Positions 46,279 through 58,913 of a stretch of 64,000 nt of DNA are shown piece after piece. This stretch comes from Candidatus Solibacter usitatus (GTDB lineage: Bacteria; Acidobacteriota; Terriglobia; Bryobacterales; Bryobacteraceae), in the NCBI GenBank assembly GCA_016191645.1, contig JACPVQ010000044.1:1371-65370 (forward strand). The letters are read 5' to 3'. The notes under the pieces are model-generated. The model was given only the letters and a program-made list of their open reading frames with translations. It did not search any database and was not told the DNA's origin. Positions within the stretch are counted from its first letter, which is position 1. Every line of letters begins with the position of its first letter. A program made the position numbers and the translations under genes.

Positions 46279-49260
46279 ATGCGTGTCTACTTCCTGCTAT
46301 TTTTCGTGTGCCTCGCCGCATGCTCCCAAATGGGCTCGCAATCCGGCACGAAACCGCGTTCTCCCAAAGAATCGTTGAACAGCATCAAAATGGCCGCCGG
46401 CGACGTGCGGGTGAGTCTATTCGCCTCTGAGCCCATGGTTGTCGATCCTGTCGACATGGTGTTCGACGAGCAAGGCCGCGCCTTTGTCGCCGACATGCTC
46501 GATCTCCCCTACGATCCTCCAAAAGGCAAAGCGGCTCGCGGGCGCATCATCATGCTGGAAGACATCGACGGCGACGGCGTGGCCGACAAGAGTACCGTTT
46601 TTGCCGAGAACGTTCTGCAAGTCAGCGGGCTGATGGTGTGGAAAGGAGGACTCATTGTTCCCTCCGCACCCAACATCTATTACATGAAAGACACGGATGG
46701 CGATGGCAAGGCCGACGTGCGCGAAGTGTTGTTCACCGGTTTCTACCAGGGCAACCCGGAGGGGCAGATTACGAATCCGCGTCTTTCCCTCGACAACTGG
46801 ATCTATTTTTCCAACGCCGGAAACGCGGGCCGCATTACATCGCCCAAATGGCCGCAACACCCGGCGCTGGAAGTCCGCGGCATGGATCTTCGATTTCATC
46901 CGTTACGAAACAGCGCGGAAACCTCGTCTGGCCCAGCGCAATTCGGATCGACGTTCGACGATTGGGGCAATCATTTCATTTCACAAAACACACAGCATCT
47001 GCGCCACGTGATGGTGCCCATGCACTACCTTGCGCGTTCCCCGCTGCTAGAGGTTGCCGCCGTCAACAACGACCCGTACGGCAAACGCGAGCGTCTCATG
47101 TGGCCCCTGACGGAAGCCGAAGAGTGGCGCGTGGTGCGAACCAAGATCCGGCAGCAGCGCTACAACGATTCGAAATCCGGACGCGTCGAGCATGTCGCCG
47201 GGCACATCACGGGGGCTGCGGGAGGCACCGTCTACAATGGCGACGCGCTTCCGGAATCCTACCGCGGCAATTTGTTTACCGGCGATGTTAGCGGAAATCT
47301 TGTGCGCCAGGATATACTCACGCCTGCCGGCCTGTCCGTTTCCGCGAGGCCGGTTCGCGAGAACGTCGAATTCCTCGCCTCCACCGATTCGTGGTTCCGC
47401 CCGGCCTGCTTTGCCAACGCGCCCGACGGCAATCTTTACATGATGGACATGTACCGCCAGACCATCGAAACGCCGCTCTCCATCCCCGAAGATATTCAGA
47501 AGCGCCTCAAGCTCGATTTCTATCGCGGCGACGATATGGGCCGCATCTATCGAATCTCGGCGAAGGAACCAACCGTGAAGCGCGGGTTGAAAGTGAATCT
47601 CGGCAAGATGAGCGCTTCGGAACTGGTTCGTGAATTGGCCAATCGCAATGGCTGGCACCGCCAGACCGCGCAACGTCTGTTAGTGGAGCGCCAGGACAAG
47701 AGCGCTGAAGCGGATTTGCGGGAAATGGCGTACCGGCACGATTCGCCCCTTGCGCGCCTGCATGCCTATTGGACGCTGGAAGGCATCGGCGTTCTGCGCG
47801 AGGCCGATGTGGTCACGGCGCTCAAAGATCAACACGCGGGCATTCGCGAACACGCCGTCCGGTTCAGCGAGTCGATTCCCGCCACACCCGTTTTGGAGCG
47901 CGCGCTGCTGGAAAAACTCAACGACGCCGAACCGCGCGTTCGCTATCAGCTTGCTTACACGATGGGCAACTACAAATCGGCGCAGGCGAAATCCGCTGTC
48001 GTCGAGCTCGCCGCGAAAAACGGCGCGGATCAATGGTTCCGCGTGGCCACGCTGAGTTCCGCCGCCGATTGGCCCGCCGATTTTCTCGCCATGCTGCTGG
48101 CGCGCCCGGAAAACGGCTGGCAGACGCGCGACATGCTGCGTTCTTTGGGATCGCTGATTGGAGCGCGCCGCAAGAACGAGGAGATTGAAAAGTTCGCCGC
48201 CGCGGCTTCCCGCTTGAAACAACCGGAACTCGCTTTGGATGGTCTGGCCCGGGGGCTCGATATGAGTCAGGCAAAGGATCTTCCCTTGACGGAGGCATTG
48301 CTGTCACCCTTCCTCAACGCGAAATCAGCGGCGCAGCGCCGGGCCGCGTGGAGTATCGCCAGTCATGCCGCCGCTCCCGCCCTGTTTACGCGCGCGGCTC
48401 GCGAAGCCGCCGATGAGAAAGCCGCTTTGGAGAATCGCGTCATGTCAGTGTCGGCGTTGCGCGGAGCGAAGTGGGAGATTGCCTCTCCGGTCATTCAGAA
48501 AATTCTTTCCGGCAGTTCGCCGGCCGCTTTGCAGACAGCCGCCATCGACGCCATCGGCGCGTTCCGCCGTCCGGAGGCCACTGCTGCGATTCTCAGCGGA
48601 TGGAAATCCTATCCGCCGGACACGCGCACCAAAGCCGTCAACGCGTTGTTGTCCCAGCGCGACCGCATTCCCGTTCTGCTGACCGCGCTGGAAAACGGTA
48701 CGGCGCAGCCGGCGATGATCGAGATGAATGCGCGCAACCGTTTGCTGGAAGACAAAGACCGCGCGATCTCCGCACGTGCCAGTAAGATTTTCTCTTCGGC
48801 CTCTGCCGATCGCGACAAAGTGGTCGCGCAGTTCCGCGATGTCGTCAAACTCGCCGGCGATCCGGTTCGTGGCAAGCCGCTCTTTGAAGAACATTGCGCC
48901 AAATGCCATCTGAACCGCAGGCGCGGCGGACGCGTCGGCCCCGATCTTTCCGGAGTCAACAACAAATCGAAGGAAGAGTTGCTGGAGGCGATTCTCAATC
49001 CCAGCCGTTCCATCGAGCCGCGTTTCGTTAACTACATCATCACGGCCAAGGACGGGCAGATGTTTGATGGCGTCCTGGCGGCGGAAACGCCTGGCGCAGT
49101 CACATTGCGCGGCGGCGCGGAAGAAGACGTGACCATTCTGCGCTCGAACATTCAGGAAATCCGCTCGTCCGCTATTTCGCTGATGCCCGAAGAGTTCGAA
49201 AAGAATCTCAGCAAGCAGGGACTGGCGGACGTGATCGCCTACCTGCGCGCCGGACTGTAA
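46279..49260 (+). CDS. PVC-type heme-binding protein (dehydrogenase-like propeller, HEAT repeats, cytochrome c)
   Basis: Lipobox LAAC; FASEP.V.DPV..FD..GR, FLASTD.WFRP, GRIYRI; CAKCH...VGPDL...I..P; SLMPE. Confidence 0.9.
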   Translation: MRVYFLLFFVCLAACSQMGSQSGTKPRSPKESLNSIKMAAGDVRVSLFASEPMVVDPVDMVFDEQGRAFVADMLDLPYDPPKGKAARGRIIMLEDIDGDGVADKSTVFAENVLQVSGLMVWKGGLIVPSAPNIYYMKDTDGDGKADVREVLFTGFYQGNPEGQITNPRLSLDNWIYFSNAGNAGRITSPKWPQHPALEVRGMDLRFHPLRNSAETSSGPAQFGSTFDDWGNHFISQNTQHLRHVMVPMHYLARSPLLEVAAVNNDPYGKRERLMWPLTEAEEWRVVRTKIRQQRYNDSKSGRVEHVAGHITGAAGGTVYNGDALPESYRGNLFTGDVSGNLVRQDILTPAGLSVSARPVRENVEFLASTDSWFRPACFANAPDGNLYMMDMYRQTIETPLSIPEDIQKRLKLDFYRGDDMGRIYRISAKEPTVKRGLKVNLGKMSASELVRELANRNGWHRQTAQRLLVERQDKSAEADLREMAYRHDSPLARLHAYWTLEGIGVLREADVVTALKDQHAGIREHAVRFSESIPATPVLERALLEKLNDAEPRVRYQLAYTMGNYKSAQAKSAVVELAAKNGADQWFRVATLSSAADWPADFLAMLLARPENGWQTRDMLRSLGSLIGARRKNEEIEKFAAAASRLKQPELALDGLARGLDMSQAKDLPLTEALLSPFLNAKSAAQRRAAWSIASHAAAPALFTRAAREAADEKAALENRVMSVSALRGAKWEIASPVIQKILSGSSPAALQTAAIDAIGAFRRPEATAAILSGWKSYPPDTRTKAVNALLSQRDRIPVLLTALENGTAQPAMIEMNARNRLLEDKDRAISARASKIFSSASADRDKVVAQFRDVVKLAGDPVRGKPLFEEHCAKCHLNRRRGGRVGPDLSGVNNKSKEELLEAILNPSRSIEPRFVNYIITAKDGQMFDGVLAAETPGAVTLRGGAEEDVTILRSNIQEIRSSAISLMPEEFEKNLSKQGLADVIAYLRAGL

Positions 49261-49261
49261 T

Positions 49262-50353
49262 TCACCTGCTGATTTTGCCCAGAACAACCGGATGCCGCGC
49301 GCCCGTTGCGCCCGGCATGTTGGACGGGCGTCCATGGAAACTTTCGTAAGCGAGTACGGCGAATGCGATCGCTTCTTTGGCGTCCGCATCCACTCCGAAA
49401 TCCGTGCTCTTGCAAATCACCGCGCCCGGCAGCGCGTCTCCAATTCTGCGTAGCAGCGTAACATTCCGCGCCCCGCCGCCGGATACAATCACGTCGTCCA
49501 CAGGATGGCCGCAGTCGCGAATACTCACTGCGACACTTTGAGCCGTTAGCTCCGTTGCGGTCGCCAGCATCGCCTCGGAGGAAAGGCCGCTTTTCAGGAT
49601 GGCCTCCGTAAATTCCTTGCCGAACTGTTCGCGTCCGGCTGTCTTCGGCGGCCTCTTGCGAAAGTACGGGTTCGCCAGAAGCTTCTTCAGCAAAGGTTCG
49701 TTGACCTTGCCCTTTGCAGCCATTGCGCCGTTCTTGTCGAACCCTTGCCGGTTTCCGGTCACTTCCTTCATCAGCGCGTCCATCACCATGTTGCCCGGTC
49801 CGGTGTCGAACGCCGTTACCTCGCCCGGCTTCGCGCCGGCGGAGATCAAGGTGATGTTCGCGATGCCGCCGATGTTCAGCGCAACGCGGCTGCGTCGTTT
49901 GTCGCGAAACAGCAAATAGTCCACGAACGGAACCAGCGGTGCACCTTGACCACCCGCGGCCATATCGCGCGGACGGAAATCGGATACCACTGGAACGCCC
50001 AGCCGTTCGGCGAGCACGCTGCCATCGCCAATCTGAAGCGTGCACTTCAGCTTCCATCCGTCGTGGAAAATCGTCTGGCCGTGGCAGCCCACCAGATCCA
50101 GTTTGTCCTTCCAAATGCGCCGCACCGCCTTCGCGTACAACTCAGGCAAAACAAAATTCAGGTGCGCAATCTCAGCGGTGTGCGTGGTCGTGTTGGACAC
50201 GCTGAGCAACCTCTCTCGAATACGAGCCGGATAGGATTCCGATCTGTGCGCCAGCGTGCGCACTTTGAGATTCCATCCCCTGCCGGTGATTTCGGTGATG
50301 GCAACGTCGATGCCGTCCAGCGACGTGCCGCTCATGATGCCCGCAACAATCAT
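49262..50353 (-). CDS. anmK: Anhydro-N-acetylmuramic acid kinase
   Basis: GIMSGTSLDGID, HGQT, D.AAGGQGAPLVP, NIGGIAN, FDTGPGN, PKTAGRE, GGGA.N, KEA.AFA. Confidence 0.97.
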   Translation of the reverse strand: MIVAGIMSGTSLDGIDVAITEITGRGWNLKVRTLAHRSESYPARIRERLLSVSNTTTHTAEIAHLNFVLPELYAKAVRRIWKDKLDLVGCHGQTIFHDGWKLKCTLQIGDGSVLAERLGVPVVSDFRPRDMAAGGQGAPLVPFVDYLLFRDKRRSRVALNIGGIANITLISAGAKPGEVTAFDTGPGNMVMDALMKEVTGNRQGFDKNGAMAAKGKVNEPLLKKLLANPYFRKRPPKTAGREQFGKEFTEAILKSGLSSEAMLATATELTAQSVAVSIRDCGHPVDDVIVSGGGARNVTLLRRIGDALPGAVICKSTDFGVDADAKEAIAFAVLAYESFHGRPSNMPGATGARHPVVLGKISR

Positions 50354-52946
50354 GACCGCTTCAACTCCTCCTGCAATTCAGACAACAACCGCAGCGCCTC
50401 GATCGGCTTCAATTCGTCAAGGTTCACCATGCGAATACGCTCGGCGATGTGATAATTCACTGGCTCGAACATTTGTATTTGCAGCGGACCCTCTTTCTGT
50501 TTTGGGATCAGTTCGCCGCTCATCGCATGTTCGGTCTTCTCATGAAGGTGTAGAATCTCCCGCGCCCTCTCGATCACGGCTCCCGGCAAGGCTGCCAGGC
50601 GGGCCACTTCGATGCCATAGCTCTTGTCCGCGCTTCCCGGTTGAACTTTGCGCAAAAAAATAATCTGATCGCCCGCTTCCTTCACCGCAACTTGCAAATT
50701 CGTCACGCCTTCCAGTTGATCCGCGAGTTCCGTCAACTCGTGATAGTGCGTGGCGAACAACGTCTTCGCGCGGATTCTTTCATGAATATGTTCGATGACG
50801 GCCCACGCCAGCGCCATGCCGTCATAGGTCGCCGTGCCGCGGCCCACTTCATCCAGAACGATGAAGCTATTCGCGGTGGCGGTGTTGAGGATGGCCGCGG
50901 TCTCCGTCATCTCCACCATGAACGTCGACCGGCCGCGCGCCAGATTGTCGCTTGCGCCTACTCGCGTGAATACGCGGTCCGTCAACGGCAGCAGGGCGGA
51001 TTCCGCCGGCACAAACGAACCCGTCTGCGCCATCACAATCAACAGCGCGGCCTGCCGCAAATAGGTGGATTTGCCGCCCATGTTCGGGCCGGTGATAATT
51101 GCGGCAAACTTACCGGCGGGATCGAGATAGATGTCATTGGGAATGAATCGCACGGCGTCGCGTTCGGCCAGACGTTCAATGACGGGATGCCGCCCCGCCA
51201 GCACGTTGATGATTCCATGCGGCGAAAACTTCGGGCGCGTGTAGCGATTCTCGGCGGCGATTTGCGCCAGCGTTGCGGTCACGTCGATCTCGGCAATTGC
51301 CGATGCCGCGGCACGCAGACGCGCCGCTTCTCCCGATACCTTCGTGCGCAATTCGGCAAACAACTCGCGCTCGATGGTGAGCATGCGCTCTTGCGCCTCC
51401 AGAATCTTCGTCTCCAGCTCTTTCAATTCCGTAGTCGTGAAACGTTCCGCGTTGACCAGCGTTTGCTTGCGGTCGTAATCCGCAGGCGCAAGGTGAAGGT
51501 TCGATTTGGAGATCTCGATGTAGTAGCCGAAAACGTTGTTGAACCGCACCTTCAGCGATGCGATGCCCGTGCGGCCGCGCTCACGCTGTTCCACCATCGC
51601 CAGATACTGCTTGCTGTTGCGCGAAATATCGCGCAGCTCATCCAGACCCTGATGAAAACCATCGCGGATGACTCCGCCATCGGCGATGTTGACGGGCGGC
51701 TCGCCGGCGATCGCCGTAAGAATCGCATCGCGCACTTCGGCCACCTCATCCATATCGGCGGCGATCTTCCCGGCGCGCCCACCGGTGCCCGCAAGCGCCG
51801 CTTTCAGCTCCGGAATCTTCGCCAGCGAGACACCCAGCGCGCGCAAATCGCGCGGATTCGCCGTTCCCAGAGTGGCCTTCGCCAGCAAACGCTCGATATC
51901 GAGAATTCCCGACAGCACCTTGCGCGTCTCTCCGCGCGCTATGCTCGCCGCAAGCAACCCTTCGACGCCTTCCAGCCGCCCCTCGATCTCCACTAAATCC
52001 AAAGCCGGCCGTAACAGACGCCGCCGCAACAACCGCGCGCCCATCCCTGTCGAGGTGTCGTCCAGCACGTGAATGAGCGTGCCTTCCTTCCCTCCGCCGG
52101 CGAACAGCGGCTCCATCAATTCCAGATTCCGCACCGTGGCCGCATCCAGAATCAACGCATCGGCGCGGTCGTACCAGGACGGCCGGTCGAGATGAGCGAG
52201 CGTCGATTTCTGCGTCTCGCGCGCGTAGTGGAGAATTGCGCCCGTCGCACCGATGGCCAGCGGCCGGCCGCCCAAACCGCAGCCTTCCAGGCTGAGCAGG
52301 TGAAAATGTTCCTGCAGCGAACGCTCGGCGTAATCGCGCGCGAACACCCACCCATCCACCGCCGTATGACACGCCCCGTTCGTATTCGCCGGAGCGGCGT
52401 CCGCATCGGGGTAAAGCACTTCGCGCGGGTTCAACGCCTCCAAGGCGCCCGCGGCGTCGGACACTCTCATTTCCGTGGCGCGGAATTCGCCTGTGGAAAC
52501 ATCGACGTAAGCGAGTCCGGCCATCTCTTTTTGCACCACGAGCGCGGCCAGATAATTGTTCTCCTTCGCGCGCAGAACTCCCGATTCCGTGGTCGTGCCC
52601 GGTGTAACGACGCGCGCGATCTCCCGCTTCACCAGCTTCTTCGCAAAGCGCGGGTCCTCCATCTGTTCGCAGATGGCCACGCGATAACCTTTCTGAATGA
52701 GCTTCGCTAAATACCCTTCCACGGCGTGATGCGGCACGCCACACATGGGGATCGCCTGCCCCTTCTCTTTGTTGCGGCTGGTGAGCGTAATCTCCAATTC
52801 GCGCGCCGCCACCACCGCATCGTCGTAGAAGAGTTCGTAGAAATCGCCCAGACGAAACAGCAGCAGTGCATGCGGCGCCTGTTGTTTCAGTGCATGATAT
52901 TGCCGCATCAGCGGCGTGGACGGCTGCGAGCTTTGATCCTCACCCA

Positions 52947-52947
<1 letters not shown>
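50350..52947 (-). CDS. mutS: DNA mismatch repair protein MutS
   Basis: TPLMRQY, GDFYELF, GRHPV, TGPNMGGKST, STFMVEM, DEVGRGT, ATHYHEL. GTG 52947 coupled to the gdhA stop (TAGTG). Confidence 0.98.
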
Positions 52948-54242
<1,295 letters not shown>

Positions 54243-54288
54243 TATGCCGCGAGACCCGTGCTCTCGTTTTGCGCGACAATCCCTTTGA

Positions 54289-55125
54289 ATGGCCCCGCGC
54301 CTGGTTTGCGGATTCTTTGCGCTGATGGCATTATCGGCGTTCCAACTTCCGTTCCGCGTCTACCAGAGCATGGAGCCGTACGATGTGGTTCCCATTCCCG
54401 CGGATTGGAAAGACAAAGGTGAATTCGTTTTTGGCCGTCTCATGTATCCCAATCATCCGAACGCAATGTTCGGCTGGTATGGCCGCGGACGCGGCGGCAG
54501 GCAAGTGGATTGGCGCGAAGGCGGCACAAGCTGGTCTCAGGATTATCCGCGCGCGGACCGGTTCTTCTCGCAGGCATTGCGGCGGCTGACCCGGCTGCAT
54601 ACGCGCTCCGTCGAACAACCGGTCAATCTGGAGGATGACGACGACGTGTTCAACTGGCCGTGGCTTTGCGCCGGAGAAATGGGCGATTGGAAGCTCACTG
54701 TTCCGCAAGCGAAGAAGCTCCGCGATTTCCTGCTCCGCGGCGGCTTCATCATGCTCGACGATTTCTGGGGCACGCAGGAATGGGGACGCTTCGAGGAGAG
54801 CATGAAGTTGGTCTTCCCAGACCGGCCGATTGAAGAAATCGCCGACGAAGATTCCATTTTTCACGCCGTCTACGATCTAGACGACCGTTATCAGATCCCC
54901 GGCCAGTGGGCTCTCCGCCGCGGCGCGACGTATCGCAGCGACGGCGCAACGGCGTACTGGCGCGGCGTACGCGACGACAAAGGCCGTCTCATGGTTGCCA
55001 TGGCGTTCAACTCCGATATCGGAGACTCCTGGGAATGGGCCGACGATCCCTACTATCCCGAAAAATACTCCGCTTTGGGAATCCGCATCGGGGTCAATTT
55101 CGTGATCTACTCGCTTACCCATTAA
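54289..55125 (+). CDS. DUF4159 domain protein
   Basis: [43 protein letters not shown]...Y.LTH. Confidence 0.88.
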   Translation: MAPRLVCGFFALMALSAFQLPFRVYQSMEPYDVVPIPADWKDKGEFVFGRLMYPNHPNAMFGWYGRGRGGRQVDWREGGTSWSQDYPRADRFFSQALRRLTRLHTRSVEQPVNLEDDDDVFNWPWLCAGEMGDWKLTVPQAKKLRDFLLRGGFIMLDDFWGTQEWGRFEESMKLVFPDRPIEEIADEDSIFHAVYDLDDRYQIPGQWALRRGATYRSDGATAYWRGVRDDKGRLMVAMAFNSDIGDSWEWADDPYYPEKYSALGIRIGVNFVIYSLTH

Positions 55126-55166
55126 GACTCAGGTCTCTACTCTTTGGAACGATTCCGAGCAACGAA

Positions 55167-56399
55167 TCAGCGCTGCACTGCGCCCGCGCGGCCCATGATG
55201 GGCCACACATCCACAACGCGCTCGCCATCGGTGACGTAGTAACGGTCGTAGACGTTGGTGCTGGTATCGAGGTTGGAACAATACAGTTCGACGCGCTGGC
55301 CCAATTTGAGTTCCTCGCCGTCCTTCCACTTCAGAATGCCGTACTCCGCGCCCTGGTTTTCCACGACGACATCGGGACGGCCTTTCACTTGGTCGGTCGG
55401 TTTCAACATGGCCTTGTTGCCGCAATCGATGGTCACCTGGTTGGCGTGATTCTTGCTGATGACCGTGGTCATCACGGACAACGACGGCAGGAAATCCCCA
55501 TATTTCAAGGCATCCTTCTTGCCGCCGATGTTCATATACAACGTGTCCATGAAGATGTAGGACCCGGCTTGCAACTCCGTCAGTCCGATTTCTTTGTCGA
55601 TGTTGTAGGTGCCCGTGCTGCCGCCGGTGACCACTTCGACATTCAATCCGGCTGTGCGGCAAAGGTTGGCCGTTTCCACGACGGGTCCCACGTCCAGGCG
55701 CGATTTCTCGCGGCGCTTTTCGAAACCTTTGGTGTGGGAAGCGCTGCCGGAATATCCCATCACGCCGCCGAAGCGCAGGTTTTTCTTGCTGTCGATCAAT
55801 TTGGCCAGACGCAGCCCGGGTTCTCCGGTAGCATGGCCGGCGCGCGTGAGCCCGGAGTAGAGATCGATCAGCACGATCGGCTTAATCTTCGCGACCGACG
55901 CGGCTTCGTCCAGCAACTCCACGGTCATTGGGTCGTCGGCAACCATGCGGAACGTCGTGTCTTTCGCCGCCAACGTAATCCCGCGCCAGATCTTGTTCTT
56001 GCCCGCCGGCTGGCACGTGTACAAGACATTCTTTATGCCCGCGCCCACCATCAATTCGGATTCGGCGATGGTGGCGCAACAAATGCCCACGGCGCCAAGA
56101 CCGATCTGCCGTTTCGCGACGTCCACCGATTTGTGAATTTTGCAATGCGCGCGGATGGTCATCCCCGTGGTTTTGCAATGGTCCGACATGCGCTTGAGAT
56201 TCGTATCGAACATTGCCTTGTCCAGGACCATGGAGGGCGTGGGCAGATCCTCTTTGAAGATGCCGGTAAAATCCCGTTTGGCAATTTTGGCTTCGATCTC
56301 GGCGTAGCGGAAAGGGCGCTTGGCGAGCCCTGTGGTGTTGTTCGCTGCCAGGGCGAGCGGGGCGGAAAGAGTCGATGCAAAAAAGTTACGGCGGGTCAT
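55167..56399 (-). CDS. DSD1/D-threonine aldolase-family fold-III PLP enzyme with Tat signal
   Basis: MTRRNFF leader; LPTP, RAHCKIHK (PLP Lys), GGSTGT, TELQAGSY.FMD. ATG 56399 is 7 nt after TGtTATGAT. Confidence 0.88.
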   Translation of the reverse strand: MTRRNFFASTLSAPLALAANNTTGLAKRPFRYAEIEAKIAKRDFTGIFKEDLPTPSMVLDKAMFDTNLKRMSDHCKTTGMTIRAHCKIHKSVDVAKRQIGLGAVGICCATIAESELMVGAGIKNVLYTCQPAGKNKIWRGITLAAKDTTFRMVADDPMTVELLDEAASVAKIKPIVLIDLYSGLTRAGHATGEPGLRLAKLIDSKKNLRFGGVMGYSGSASHTKGFEKRREKSRLDVGPVVETANLCRTAGLNVEVVTGGSTGTYNIDKEIGLTELQAGSYIFMDTLYMNIGGKKDALKYGDFLPSLSVMTTVISKNHANQVTIDCGNKAMLKPTDQVKGRPDVVVENQGAEYGILKWKDGEELKLGQRVELYCSNLDTSTNVYDRYYVTDGERVVDVWPIMGRAGAVQR

Positions 56400-56446
56400 G
56401 CGAGCTATCATAACACCCGCGCGTCCCGCCGCAACCGTCGATTAAT

Positions 56447-57202
56447 TTATAAACGATCCTGAGCTACGTGGAGGCCCTTGTGAATGGCGTAGAGGGCCAG
56501 TTCCAGGCGGTCCGAAACGCCGAGTTTGTCGAAGATGTTGTGCAGGTGGTTCTTCACCGTTTGCTCGCTGATGAACATCTTCTCGGCCATTTCCTTGTTC
56601 TTGTAGCCTTGCGCGACCAGTTGCACAATCTCGCGCTCGCGTGTGCTGAGCGGAGAACGCTCCCGCGCCTTGCCGTTCATCGCCGCCAATTGATCGGCGG
56701 GCGAAGCGAACTGGCGCATGACAGCGGCGGTGGTGTGCGAATCGAGCCAGATTTCGCCGCGGCTGACTTTGCGGATGGATTTCACGATGAGGTCCGTCGC
56801 CGTCTGCTTGAGCACGATCCCCGAGCAGCCCAGCTTCATGGCCTGCACGAATTCGTTCTTGTCTTCCGACGCCGTCAGGACGATGACTCGAACCTTTTTG
56901 CCGGTCTGTTGCAGGCTCTGCAGGACGCTGAGCCCGTCCAGGTTCGGCATGCGCAGATCGAGAAGAAGAACGTCCGGTTCAAACTCCGTCAACATCTCCA
57001 GCACTTGTCTTCCATCACTGGCTTCGCCGACAATCTTGATGTCTTCCTCAAGCGTGAGAAGCTTCTTCAGCCCGTCCCTCACAATGGGATGATCGTCTGC
57101 GATCAGCACTCTGATGTATTTGATCTCCGGCGGTGCGGGCGATTGCGCCTCCACCTCGGCCAGTTCTACTTCCGGTGTTGCTTCAAGGGTTGCGTTATTC
57201 AT
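56447..57202 (-). CDS. NarL/LuxR-family response regulator (orphan)
   Basis: ADDHP, LLDLRMP, LS.RERE...L...G..NKE.A....ISE.TVKNH..NIF.KL.V. Confidence 0.95.
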   Translation of the reverse strand: MNNATLEATPEVELAEVEAQSPAPPEIKYIRVLIADDHPIVRDGLKKLLTLEEDIKIVGEASDGRQVLEMLTEFEPDVLLLDLRMPNLDGLSVLQSLQQTGKKVRVIVLTASEDKNEFVQAMKLGCSGIVLKQTATDLIVKSIRKVSRGEIWLDSHTTAAVMRQFASPADQLAAMNGKARERSPLSTREREIVQLVAQGYKNKEMAEKMFISEQTVKNHLHNIFDKLGVSDRLELALYAIHKGLHVAQDRL

Positions 57203-57420
57203 GGCAGTTCTCTCCGTCCACGTTCTGATCATAAGGTGAGTTTTAGTACCGGTCAAACTGTGGTAACCCCTATTCGGGCCTCAGATTTTACTCCATAGGG
57301 TTTTGCCGTACTCCTTAGAACTTCACCGAGAGCTTACCTAGACAACTTCTAAGGAAAGCGGGCTACAGTCCCACCCAATGGTCCCCCCAGTCATGGGCTA
57401 ACTCCTTGATTTAGCCTATG

Positions 57421-57450
57421 TTGACACCCGCCGGAGACTGGCGGAATACT
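57421..57450 (+). promoter_or_regulatory. Sigma70 promoter of the sulfatase, with a dyad in the spacer
   Basis: TTGACA-18 nt-AATACT, 8 nt before the ATG; spacer CCGCCGG-AGA-CTGGCGG is an imperfect dyad. Confidence 0.65.
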
Positions 57451-57458
57451 GGTTTCCG

Positions 57459-58886
57459 ATGTCATTTACGCGTCGGCATTTTCTTTCCAGCCTGGTTGCG
57501 GCTCCATTGCCTGCCGCGCCTCGTCTCCCCAACATTATATTCATCCTGATCGACGATTACGGCTGGCGCGATACAAGCTACAACGGCAGCACTTATTATC
57601 AGACCCCAAATGTGGACCGTCTGGCGCGCTCTGGCATGGTCTTTACCAATGGCTATTCGGCAAGCCCGGTCTGCTCTCCCACGCGCGCCGCAATCATGAC
57701 GGGAAAGTATCCGGCGCGGCTCCATGTCACGGCTCATTTGCAGGGAGCGACGAACCGTTTTCATTATTCCAAGGTCTTGCAGCCCAATGCACGTCTGGCG
57801 CTGCCTCTGGCTGAAATTACCATCGCCGAGTTGCTGCGCGGAAAGGGATACCGCTGCGCCTGCATCGGAAAATGGCATCTGGGAGCGAAAGGGTTCTTGC
57901 CGGGGGACCAGGGGTTCGACGTCGCCTACGCGGGGGACGAGGCGGGCTCCACGTCCAGCTTCTTTTATCCCCAATGGAGGTCGAAAGTGCCGTTGGAGGG
58001 ACAGGACGGCGATTACCTCACCGACCGCCTGACGGCTCTCGCCGTGAACTTCATCCGCGAGAACAAGGACCGGCCGTTCTTTCTCTACTTGCCGCACTTC
58101 GCCGTGCATACACCCATTGAAGGGAAGCCGGACAAAGTCCGCAAATTCGACGCTCTGTCGGACCCGGCGAATCCGCAGAACTATGGCGAGTATGCCGCAA
58201 TGATAGAGAGCATTGATGAGAGCACCGGACGCGTGTTGGATACACTGGCCGAATTGGGGCTGGAAAAAGACACGCTGGTCATCTTTACCGCGGACAACGG
58301 CGGCGTCACCTCCCGCGAATGGAAGAAGCGGCCCATCACATCGAATCTGCCTTTGCGATCTGGCAAAGGGCATTTGTACGAAGGCGGCATTCGCGTTCCC
58401 ACCGTTGTCCGCTGGGAAGGTGTGACCAAAGCCGGCAGCACCTGCGACACTCCCATTCAAAGCATCGATTACGCGCCAACCATCGCTGAGGCGGCGGGCA
58501 TCGAGCGCATGCGTCTTCCCAGGATGGATGGAAGGTCCTTTGTGCCCTTGCTCAAAGGTGGAGAGATGCCGCGCCGCGACCTCTTTTGGCATTTTCCGCA
58601 CTACAGTCCGCAATTGGGTAAGCCGTCGGCGGCCATTCGCAATGGCGACGACAAACTGATTCTGTTCTTCGAGGATTCGCGCGTGGAACTTTATGACCTG
58701 AAGGGCGACATAGGGGAAACGAACGACCTCGCCAAGTCACGGCCGGAGAAAGCGGCGGCCATGCGAAGGCGTTTGGAGGCATGGCTTGTCGAAACAAAGG
58801 CTCAGATTCCGCGAACGAATCCGAAATACGATCCGGCCCGGGAACGCGAAGCGGGTCCGCCGGATGGCGCAACCACGGCGAAGTGA
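57459..58886 (+). CDS. Formylglycine-dependent (Cys-type) sulfatase, Tat-exported
   Basis: TRRHFL leader, PNIIFILIDD, CSPTRAAIMTG, GKWHLG, ADNG, KG.LYEGGIRVP. Confidence 0.96.
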   Translation: MSFTRRHFLSSLVAAPLPAAPRLPNIIFILIDDYGWRDTSYNGSTYYQTPNVDRLARSGMVFTNGYSASPVCSPTRAAIMTGKYPARLHVTAHLQGATNRFHYSKVLQPNARLALPLAEITIAELLRGKGYRCACIGKWHLGAKGFLPGDQGFDVAYAGDEAGSTSSFFYPQWRSKVPLEGQDGDYLTDRLTALAVNFIRENKDRPFFLYLPHFAVHTPIEGKPDKVRKFDALSDPANPQNYGEYAAMIESIDESTGRVLDTLAELGLEKDTLVIFTADNGGVTSREWKKRPITSNLPLRSGKGHLYEGGIRVPTVVRWEGVTKAGSTCDTPIQSIDYAPTIAEAAGIERMRLPRMDGRSFVPLLKGGEMPRRDLFWHFPHYSPQLGKPSAAIRNGDDKLILFFEDSRVELYDLKGDIGETNDLAKSRPEKAAAMRRRLEAWLVETKAQIPRTNPKYDPAREREAGPPDGATTAK

Positions 58887-58913
58887 GCCGCGCCAAGCAT
58901 ACAATACTCACAT

